A stretch of DNA of 64,000 nt. Origin: Tubiluchus corallicola (Eukaryota; Animalia; Priapulida). The stretch spans positions 124,001 through 188,000 of the forward strand of contig JAQGDQ010000197.1 of NCBI GenBank assembly GCA_030141605.1, written 5' to 3'. Under the pieces are notes generated by a model, which did not search any database, was not told the DNA's origin, and saw only the letters and a list, made by a program, of their open reading frames with translations. Positions 26,401-38,400 of the stretch are shown in pieces. The number at the start of each line of letters is the position of its first letter. The stretch's first letter is position 1. The position numbers were made by a program, and so were the translations under genes.

Positions 26401-29400
26401 ATTTGACGCGCAAGCAGCTAGGCGGCTGGGGGCCAGCAACACTTTTTCCTGTATTTAAGCACACTTTGGCGGCCTCAAATGATATCTAAATTCTGGTACA
26501 TTGACATCCTCAAACGTGAAAAATTCTGTTTTAATAAATATATTTTACCTGCATTTATCTAGGTAATATTCATTGTATGCTATTGTAGTAATCATGTTTC
26601 TTAAAAGCAAGCTCGTAATGCACTGCAATGCGATGACCCATTACTTAAGCTTAATTTATTTAGTGTCAATATTATCTATCCAGCAAAATGTAGACAGTCA
26701 AACATAAAACAGATTTCAGACTGTTAAGTTTACAGCCCACCCATTGTTCATACAAAATTTAATACGTTTGCGTGCGTGCTAATTTTTCCCACTGGACACA
26801 GCTAAATGCAACTTTACTGCATTTTAGACCATTTTGCGGTTGCTAGAAGTTATTTCCTCAGGCAAATTCACTAGTTTGAAACTCATTGCGTCACTTCAAA
26901 CTCGTGACTCATAATTTCACTACTACCGTGAAAGGGGAGCTCAGGTCCCTTAGGCCCACCCCCTAAATGCAGAAGTGCGGTTATAGTTGGTTAAAAACTG
27001 TCTACTAAACAAGTGAGTAGACAATCTACTAGAGAATTGAGACAATACTGGACAGTGTCTACACAACGGAAATCGATAAGAGAATCGACACAATGTAAGT
27101 GATTTACATAGACATAACTTCACTATGCAAATCAGCTGACTGCTCGGGGATTGCGCAAGCAAACAAGGGGATGGTGTATTTCTTGGTTTATTGCTAAGGA
27201 ACTTTATTTAGCCATAAAAGAATTTTCTGTGGAGGCACGTGCGTCAGTGCGTCTGCCAGCCAAGGCCAGATCTACCGTTAGGCAAACAACGCAGTTGTCA
27301 ACTGAGCCAATTTGTTTTTTTTTGGGGGGGGGGTGAGGGTCAAATTCTGGAAGTAATTCTTTAATTTTTAAGTTTAGCATAAGTAATAACATAGTGTGTA
27401 ATTGCTTAAGTGCACAACACTAATTAAATGAAACAAACTACGTACCCCTTTTTCTTGTCGCTAAGTGTGATTCATCGACGCTAACACGGCGGTGTCTTCC
27501 CGCCGCAAAAACTTAATCGATTTTTGCTTTACCTGACTTCCTAAAATTACGCATTTCGTGCAGACATTATTGAGGCGCTATCTTTTCTTATCTCATTGTG
27601 GAAACGTCCTGCAGCGTAATTCGGGTACCGAAACATTTAAAAAGCTGATTTAAAAAGGGGTTTGACCATTCAGGAGGGGACGATAAAACACTTTTGCCTA
27701 GGGCGTCAAACTATGGAGCCAGGCCTGTTTAAATCGTATAGTAGCATTGACATGTGAAAAATGCTTGTTTTGCGACGTACTGCTTTTTCCTATGGCCTAT
27801 GTCCAACATTTGCTACAAAGCTTCATGATAATTTGTTAAGCAGTTTTTGGTGGTGGTCTTTGATTTTGACTAATCCTGTTAACAGACAAAGTAACAAATA
27901 AACAGCGATGACGACAACATTTTGACGGTGGTAATCATACTCACAATTGCAACTCACAAACCGTAGTTTTTTCATAATACTGACAACTAACAGACAAACT
28001 AACTAGCTAACAAATACACATAAACAAACAACAAACAAACAAGCAAACAAATATCGACCAGAAAAACAAACGGCATTGAAAATATAACCTCCATGGCAGA
28101 AGTAAAAATACTTAAAATGATTATCCTTAACAAGAACCCTAACCCTAACTAATATTTTATTAAGTGTGTCATTTTTCCTACTTTTCTGTTTGCACTCTTT
28201 CTTCCTATGCCATTTTTGCTGTGCGTTTTTTTTTTGCTGTACCATTTTTATCGTGCATCGTTGCTATTTAGTCTATGAGCTGGTCTATTTAGTCCTTGCG
28301 CTGATTGTCTTGACGCCATCAATGATTTACTTTGCTATCAAGAGTCCTTAAGTAACGGTAATCATTACATATTAGTGTTAACTTTCAAAAAATAAACAAC
28401 TTTCCTAATTTAGTCTCTCCATTTTTATTGGCAGATTGCAGTATACTAAAATGGTTAAGTTACATGAAATCAGTAGAGCAGACTTGAATTACACTTCTTT
28501 TGTAATTATTCTGGTAGTAAGACTCTTACATATTGTATTTATTTAGTTGTAGGGCTTGGACTAATGAATAGTTGCACAGTGTAATTACATAGCATATAAT
28601 TTTGTTTTTATTAGGATTAATTTTGCAAAAACTTTAACCTGTTTAATTTGGTACTTTTATCTAACTTTTGCTTTCGGTCTGTATCTATTTTTACAAAGTA
28701 TTTTATGATTTATCTGCTTTAGCACTTTAGCCAGTTTTAGTTTTGTTTTAACTTTAAGGTATTCTGTTCTTTTTTTAATTTTTTATTTACTACGAACATG
28801 CCATGGACCATTATATAAATATCGTGTGCATACAATTTAATGTGCTCCATGTAAAAATTGTATTCTGTTCTTTTTTATAATAATGCAGGCCGTCGTCTGG
28901 GAGATCCATATTTCAGTTTATGAAATTACACGAAGTCGTGAGCCTCAATACAGCGTAGGCAGACGCTTAATTTTTGCTCTTTAGACGTAAACTTTAAACT
29001 CTTAAACCGGAGCTACTTATCTAGACTCTCCCTACAATGAAGGGTTCTTGCTGCTACCAACCCTGTGAGCTGGTCTTATCCAAGTACTGCGAGTCTGTCT
29101 ATTTACACTTTTCAAGGGGCGTGATTACTTTCACGATATATAAATTAAAAACACGTGCAGTAGTCAGCAATCAAGCATATAAATCGCGCAGGTATTCTAT
29201 CCGTGTCAAGATTCGTAATGTTTAGCGGAACGTTCAGCTAAGATCCGTCTAACATTGTTGCATGAATGTTAGTGAACACCTCTTTTCCTATAATACCCTG
29301 AAAACTGTTCTTACACAGGTCTACTCTGTGATGAGTCATCATGACAATAAATAATGCAGTTTTTTAACTTGGCTAACTGTCAGTAAAATTCGACTAAATA

Positions 29401-32400
29401 TAATACAGTTGCATGAGCAATGAGCATACACAATGCGTTTAATTCTATGTTGTTGACAATTAGTCATAATAATAATAGTCATAATATAGTCTTTATAAAT
29501 TTGCATATTATACATAAAACTTAAAATTTGAAACAGTTTTTATTGCGTGTAAAAATTCCTGAATTGTAAATTTAAGTGTTTTTTATTTACTAGTATAACA
29601 TCATCAGTGTTTTAGTCATGTATAGTTTAGTAACAATTTGACACTATTGTAAAAATCAGTCCAAAGTTGGAACAACATACACAAATATTTATATGAATTG
29701 TGATTTTATTACTGTGCATTTTGTATATGTTTTATTACAATAGAGTAGTATATATATAATTAAAGTCCTAATTAGTTTATCTATTAAAACTGGAACAGCT
29801 GTCGTACGGATAAGTGGGATAACTGTGAGCATAGTTCAGCTACCACAGTTTTGGGAGATTTAGAGATATGAGTTTATCTTTAAAAATAATTAGTAAGCAT
29901 AATATAATTGAAAAACTGAACAACTGTTAACATGAGTAATTAAAAAAAAAGTAGCATGCAGATGATAGATCTAAATGGATTCTACTGCACCTTAGTCTTG
30001 TCTTTTTCTATAAAAATATAAGATGTAGTTTTGGGCATTCAGTAGTATTGATAACATGTAAAACATCATGGCACCAATAAGCTGCAACCTTAACCTTAAT
30101 TGTTACCGTCATCTTGAATTCAGAATGGTGGATCAAAAACCGACTGTCAGTCGATGCAGAAATTGATTTAGTATATTATTTACTGTAAAGTTTCATGTTG
30201 ATTCATTGTGGATTTATGTAGCTTTAGGCTTCTTTTCAAAAATAATGTTATTGCTCCATCTTGAATTCAAAATGGCAGATCAACAATCAGATGCAGAATT
30301 TGTTCTAGTATGCTTCTATACAGTTTCATGACTATCCACTGCAAATTCATGGAGCCCTAGTGTTTTTTGAAAAGAAGCATCTTGAATTCAAGAAGCAAAT
30401 AAAAAATCTTGCTCCATCAGACGATGCGGAACTTATTCTAGTGTATTGTAGTTCTATAAAATTTCATAACGATCAGTTGCGAACTGATGGAGCCTTCAGC
30501 TCTTATTTGTACGTAATGTTATTGCTGCCATCTTCAACACAAAACAGTGTATTGAAAATCCGAGTTCAGTCAGCTGTTGCAGAATTAGTTCTAGTATATT
30601 CTTATGAAATTTCAGTGCAAATTCATGGAACCTTAGGTTTTTTTCAAAAATGCCTTCCCAAATAAGAACAACATCAGACGAGTAGCAATGTGAATCGAGT
30701 CCCTTGAACCAGCAACAAATGTGTTTATGTATAATGTTTTCTAATCTTGTCAACCCTGAACATTTAATGTTTTAGCTTGGTTACCGTATTATTTTACGTG
30801 TTGGTTTTTGAACTGTAACTGCTATCTATTATGCTAATGGTGATAACAGATTATATTTATAATTAACTTTTTATTAGAGTTTGCAGAGTAAAGAAAGAAC
30901 TGAAAGGTGAATCGGTGGCAAAAGAGATCAGTGATGTAAGTGAATTCTGCACAATTAGTTTTACAGACAAATTTTACAGGCATCTCTTCTTCGTGTAATC
31001 ATCGAAAGTATGAAATAGAGGCGCTTTAAGGTCGCCCTCTTCATGGAATGATCGTAGTGTAGGTGTAGGTAGTAGATTGTAGAAAACTTTATCATGTTTA
31101 GGCCTAAACCAACCTTATTATGTGTGAAGTAGAATCCTTCTTTCCAATTCAGTTTGAGTCTGCTATAAGTTTTTTCAAATTTGTAATGGATAAAATTTCA
31201 TGCATTTACAGCAAACTTGTCACAGCATTGTGAAAATTTTGCTTTATTTTGCATTGTACTGTTTCCAGTTTTTATTAAAATTTGACTATCTGCAATCCTA
31301 TGTCAACTGTAATGTGTGTCATTTTTCATACAGAATCTTTGTGCTTTTAGTGCCTGCCATTTGTGGAATATGAGTTACATCGTCAGCTTTTGACCAATTT
31401 AAAGATGAAAGGCATGAACACTATATGTGGACTGAAAGTTGAAATAACAATTGGCGAGAAAATAATTGTTGGTCTTGGGGTAAGTGCTAAGTCATGGTAA
31501 TCCTGTGTATTGCACAATATTAGAGAGAAACAATCAAACAACAAATTCTGAAATGACGTCACTGCAGTCACAGTCAGAATCACTTCCCGTACATTTTGCT
31601 ACAGTTTTTGTCTCAATGGACGATTTTTTGAAGAATTTAAATTATTTAGACATGATGAGACAAGATGAAATGCACAGTAACTAACTAAAGTGCTTGTGTT
31701 AGTGATGCCTAGCTCAAAATTGTGCAGAAACTGTCAATGCCGACTATAAGTGGGTATAGTGCTATAGCGAGGTAGCACTACAAGCTTGTGGTTGTAAAAC
31801 ATGCTCTAGAGTACAAAGGATTCTAGAATATGGTCATCAAGACCGTGGGGCATCAGCTCCACTTCCACAATCACGTAAAAGCGTTCTGTGATTGTACCGG
31901 AAACTTCCTTGTGGCATACTGTACTTCATTCTCATCACTTTTAAAGGTATTTTTAGAACATCTCTAAATGGAAATACCCTGGTTTTTGAAATTTTCATAA
32001 TTCATTGAATGCAAATACATCATGTATAATGCATTGCACCAGAACGTGCAAATAAGTCATAGTCAGTCGGGCTAAAATAACCTTAGTTATGGCGTTTTGC
32101 TGCTTCAACCAGTTACAGTTTTAATGTGTGTGTTATTATAACTTTATAAGCACAAGCTTTCAGGTTTCTATATTGATAACTTATATAGCAATTTCTTTTA
32201 ACCAATACTGTATGTTTGTCACTACAGAAGTTTGCATAAGAGAAGTTAGACATGTTATGTGAGATTAACTTTATATATTTTGGGTTTTACTTTTTTTGGA
32301 TAATTTCAGACTGGAACTGGTGTTTATGCAGAAGCTATGCCACCTCCTCTATTACCTCAAGTCAAAGGTTTGAATTTGGTATGTGTTACATCATCTAAAA

Positions 32401-35400
32401 CATTGACGTTTGCAAGCTTTAAATTAAAATTGAAATATGATATTTGCTTGTTATACAATGTTGGTTTTATTTTTTATTTATTTTTTTAACACTTTGACTA
32501 AAAATTTGTGTCAGAAAGTAGACCCTTATATAATGGTCCTTAATAAATTTCTTATTCAGACAACTAAGCCAACTATGCAAGATATCGAAAAAGGAATTCA
32601 TGCAACGGTGACTCGAAATAAAGACATATATGAGTTGCATAAGGTTTGAAACTGTTCCACAATATCTTACTGCAATGTTTAGTTATGTGAAGCTACAAGA
32701 AAATTATTTGATTCTCTTTTCCATTTTAAAACAACGTTGGTTTATCAGAAGTCATAAAGCAGTAATATTTCACTGGTGAATTTGCTACCTGTATTGCATT
32801 ATGATTAATTTCATTCATGTTGGTCTTAGTAAATATATGAAGTGTCAGTACAAATTATTTAAAAAGTGATATAATCTTAATACTTTTTAGGACACATCAA
32901 CTGAAGAACCTGAAATACTCGTTCCAGATCCTCAAGAAGAGTCTGCTGATTCTGAAGTGTTTGTTTCTGGCAGGCGACCATTAGTGTTTGAGGTGTGAAC
33001 TAAGAATAACTCTAAAAACTGTGTGAAAATTATAAATTGACTTGCCAACCAAGTTATATAATTATGCAAATGTGTAAGTGCAGTCTTTTCATCGCTACTT
33101 TTTCTTCTTTGTAAGAAAATGTATGTTTGTTGTATAACTTTTTTAATAATCATAACATTGCTATTGGGTTTCCAAGTCTACAGTGATAACATTTTAATAT
33201 TCAACATCCAATGATGATGTTGAAATGTTAAGGCAATGTGCATGGCCCAGGACCATCAGTAGCATCTTCAGTGATATCACCAAGGCTAGTCAGTGGGTGG
33301 GTGGCTGGGTGAACTGCTTCGATTCTTGCCCCTGGTGATTTCATTCGCCGTGCTGATTTGGGCTATATGTGAAAGGACGTACACCAGAGCTCAAAATACC
33401 TGGATTCGCATCGAGATTTGTTCCGTAAATTTTTGCCGCTGCTTCCCATTTCTAGTCTGGTAGAGCAATGACTGCTCCGTAAAAACTTAGGCTCAGATTA
33501 CATAAATACTTATGTAATGACTGTAAATAAGATTAACAAAGTATTTAACGGTTTCATTTTGATTTACGAAATTAACGTTTAACAGCAACGCAAACGTTAC
33601 CCCTGTCGTACACACATGTGAATATGGCCTCTGCCAATTCTGTGCTTAATCTTAAAGGCATAGTCTTAATAATGAATCAGGTCACACTCTCGCCACGCCA
33701 TTAAACTTGAGTAGGACCTACTCATTGCTGGATTCTGACTTGCAGGATTCTGAATTGTAGATAAAAAACAGCATATAAACTTTTTCTTACTCCTGATTTT
33801 CACTTTAAATGAAAATAAATTCAAGTGATGATGCTTCCAATAAAAAGCAAAACAGATAAACAAATTTCAGAGAATTATAGTAGGGTAAAAGATAGGTCTG
33901 TGTCTAAAATTTTATGTATGATTTCAGTTTGATGACGCAGAAGATGAGGATGTTATTTCTTTATTCATCCACAAGATGGTGCCACTGATGCAAGATTTTG
34001 ATATGTGCAACACAGAATACATGCCGGGTCTTAATAATCTAGTCTGTAACTTACAAGTAAGATTTGGCCAGCTACTTTCCTGTTTTTCCTTTTCTGCTAG
34101 CCCTTTTTACAAAGTTATCTCCTAGCATCGAATAAGTTATTTGTACGATTTATGATTTATTGAGTACTAATTATTATGATTACAAAATTTATTATAATCT
34201 TTTAGATTATGTGAGATGTTGGTCTTGCCAGCTACATTTTGTGTTGTACTACTTTGTTTTTACCTTAATAAATTTAATTCGAAATGTTTTGTGTGTCTCA
34301 ATGTTACTGATTCCATATCAGCTTGCATAAAGGAGTCTATTGGCAAAAAGAAGTTTGTGAATTCATGTGTTACTATATCACTTACGATTCAGTGGTAGCA
34401 AATATTGTATGCTTGTGGTACCTGTTCTTTTAATAACTGTTATGAGGCTAATTTTCGTCGGGCTTTGTAAATAGTAACTTGGCAAAATGATTTATCTTGC
34501 TTCTGTTTGTTACTTTTTCAGACATTTACCAAAATCTGGAGAGGCACTTTAACAGGAACAAGTAATGGAGAGTTATCAAACATCATGGAAAATATTATCA
34601 TGGTATGACTGTTAATACATGGAAGAGTCTGCCTTTAGGAATCAACTTGTTTATTGAGTTTTATGTCTATCTCCTATGAGTGTAGACGATCGTTTCGACT
34701 ATAACAGTTATTATCAATATTATAAATCAAACCAAAAAAGGAATAATTAGTACTTTGGTGATGCTAAAATACTAAAGTACAAAATATCATTACAAATCAA
34801 AAGTGTAGAACTTTAAATTGCCAAAATAAATGTGGATATAATTATAAGATATTATAAAGAAATATAAAAAATTTGCCTTCTATATGAGATTCAGAAAAGA
34901 TTACAACACAGTAAACAACTCTGAATTTCATATATAAGGCAAAATTTTTACATTTCTTTGTAATTTCTTATAGTTCTATCCATGTTTACTTTGGCAATTT
35001 AAACTTCTCTTTTTGATTTGTAAAATATTTTTGTGCCTTAGTATTTTAGTATCATCAGGTGTACTAGTTATTCCTTTTTTGGCTTGATTTATAGTATTGA
35101 TAATGATTGTTACAGTAAAAACGATCACCTACCCTCAGTAAACATGTTGATGTTTATTGAAAATTGAAAATTGATGACTATTAATGTTATCTATAATAAA
35201 TATTTTTTACAAAAATAAATACAATCATTATGTTGAATATTGAGTATGATGACAGACAAACTTGATACCCTTACTAAAATTTATATTAGTGCCATCTATC
35301 ATAGCTTTTTCTGACTACGGTTTCTGTAAAACTGAATTGTTATTATTGTTATTACCTGGATTATGTTTGGTGATCTGGTAACCCTGCTTTTTGCTTTGCC

Positions 35401-38400
35401 ATTGTTTTCTGTGTGTCTGCACTTGTAACATTGTTAATAAGTTTCAACCTTGTTGTTAATTAATTAATTAATTACTTTCTGTCAAGCAGTAAAACATTAC
35501 TCATTTTATCAATTACTATGTTATAGGGTGTGTGCTTACGTTTGAGACATATAATTCCATGTTGTCTGTGCAATCTGCATTGGATGGTTGCACTCCCTGA
35601 TGACGAGAATGACCTTGTCATCTGTCTTGTCGGCGTCGCGGTTGGGTTAGGCGATCCTGAAGTTTTGCCTTCGAATGAAAACCTGCTAAAAGTGCAGACT
35701 GCTGAGAGAAAGGAATCACGGATAAAACAAGACTCGGGCGGAGGTAAAACGATATGCTGTTAGTAAATTGTAATGATCTTACTGTAATAATTACTTAGAA
35801 ATGTTACGTTTCCAAGTTTATTAAGTAGGGTTACTCTAGAAAAATGTAGCATTAAGCAGAGTATCATGAAATAAAACAATGTCTTCCATTGGGAAAAATG
35901 TAAATGAACAAACAAATACATTCCAGGGCAAAAATCAGTAATAATTGACTCATATACTTCAAAAATTTCTGAAATTTATTACTTATGCCTATGCTTTATT
36001 TGTTTCTTAAATGGCAAAAGTAATTATTTATTGTGATGGTGTTATAGTAACAACACAATTTGCTTAAATTAACAGATACAGGTGATGTGTACATCTAGCT
36101 ATATTTTAACAAAATTCAAATTTTAAGCACAGCTGTTGAACAGTCGACACAGATAAACTGGGAATTTTGCTTATGTCTGAATTTAACATTCTGATATTAA
36201 ACAATCTGCAAATGCCAGTTGTATTTTTGGTATTTTGAGTTTTCTTTTTGGTTTTTCAATCAAGTGTCTAAATCATTATAGCACTGTAGTGATATAGACA
36301 TTATACATCTATATAGCAAACTAAAAGCTTAACTTTATACAGCATCTATATGACAAACAAAATTTTGCTGCTTTAACCTAAAGCCAGAAATTTGTCATTA
36401 AAATGAGATATTATGTGAAAAAAGATATCAAAAAATTTATCATTGTTAAATCTGTCATAACAAACAGAGAGTCATCAAGTGAGGACTTATAGTATAATAT
36501 TAAGAGCACAATAACAACAAAATTAAAATGATTATAGCAACAACCCATTATAACTAGATGTATTGAGATATAACTAGATTATAACTAGACGTAGCTGTCT
36601 GGCCAACTTTTAAATGTTTTTTATGTACACGTATTCTTAGTAAAGGTGAAGAAAGTAACAATTTTTGCCTAAAACAGCTGTTGTTAAAATTCATTTTGCT
36701 TTATGTTTTGTAGGGGGTGACAATGAATTAATGTTCAATATGGAAGAACTATCTGACCTGAACATAAGCAATGCTAGTGATAAATCCTTTCACGATTTGA
36801 GTGCGAAATTGCAGGAAAGCGAAAATAAGATTTGCTGGCATGTGAGTTTTTTTACACACTAAGAGAGTTGAATACCTGGATGATTAAAAAAGCTACCTTT
36901 TTAAAAATGTTTGCAAACTAGAATCAACGTCTTTAAAATGCTTATGACACTTGTGTTATTTTCTTTTATAGCATAGGTGGAATTGCATGTAACTTCCCTT
37001 TCTTCGTATTTTTTAATATTTCTCCCGATTTTTTATACGTTACTTCAACGTAAATATGGCACAAAATGTGACCTCAGTGAGGATAGAACATCCTTTTTTG
37101 CCACAAATAGAATCGCCCATCTATCCTGCTAGACGTGGCGAAGTCTGGGCAGCTAGACATAGAATAAAGGAACTCGAATGCACAAAAAACTTATATGTAC
37201 ATTGAACAGCAGTCAAACTATAGGATATGAGAATATTTCTGTCTTAAAGATTTAAAGTTTTTCTTCTCTGAAACCTCATTTGCTCAGAATGCCACAAAGG
37301 TTTTCCTAAATCTCTAAAATGTAGGAAGTACTCTTAAAAAATATTGTCTGAGTGGCATTTCTTCTTAGTTTTTTGTTTTCTTTTACTTTTGAGCCTCACA
37401 TTAAAGTCAGACGGTCTACCCGGTCTGCGCAGGCTCAAAACATCGGTAAAGCCCAGGGAACAAAATCTGTCATTACTGCCTTACTGTCTAGTTCTTTTCT
37501 CGTCAATCGTACCTAAGAAAGAATTCATTGTTCTTTTACAAGTTTATATGCTGGAAAATGTAAAAACGATCACTCTTTGTTAGAAGCATTGTCTGAATGT
37601 GACATCGGGCAAAAGTTAGCTTGGCAGTGAGATATTTATAAAGCAGAAATGATCAAAAAACAGAAAATTGACTGTTATGATTTGAGCTTAACATGCAAAT
37701 ACCCCACTTATCTCCATTACCAGCATACCGCTGTACTTTGCCCCCATGTAAATACAGTGAGAGTCACATATCCGCAGTGTTGTTAATTTATGGGACGTCA
37801 CTTCTGCGTTTTTTCCCGATTTTTTGTTTTTCGCAAGATGTCTGTGCGTCACTAAATTTGAAGTGTTTCAGTGCTAACCAAAGCAAAACATGCAAGTTTG
37901 TAAACCCACTTTTTGTATCATGCTAATCAGTAGTGAATTTTGACAGCAAGTGTCAACCAGGGTGTCAATGGACCTTTAAGTATATACTTGAAAATAAGTT
38001 AGTGCTCTTCGTAGATTTGCTGTGTTCATAAAAACCTTTTGACTGTTGTCCTTAAGTATGTACCTACGTATCTGTAAAATGCGTATAATTCTGAGCTCAT
38101 ATATCTATGCTTGTTTTGAACTGGTCAGTTTGTTCTGTCATAGTGTTATATTAAAAAACTGGTATGCACATATATATATATATATGTTTTATGCATGTAT
38201 GCAGTTTGCACCTAGAAAGGGTGGATCCCCTTTTTTGTAGCTCACAAATCAGAAAGCTGCAAAAATGTTCAGACTAGTCAATAAATAATCAAAGCATGCA
38301 TTGACAAATCCTCACTGTGGCTAAGGAATCATTTAAGGCATTTGTCATTAATTTTTCAAAATTTTTATAAAGACTCTATTTTATTACAGAAACCTGCTCG

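Noticed and set aside
30107-30640. CRISPR-like array
   Set aside because: Eukaryotic intron, degenerate units, related rather than unique spacers, no cas genes.
38205-38240. Possible C2CD5 micro-exon
   Set aside because: Weak splice signals; the flanking exons already join in frame.
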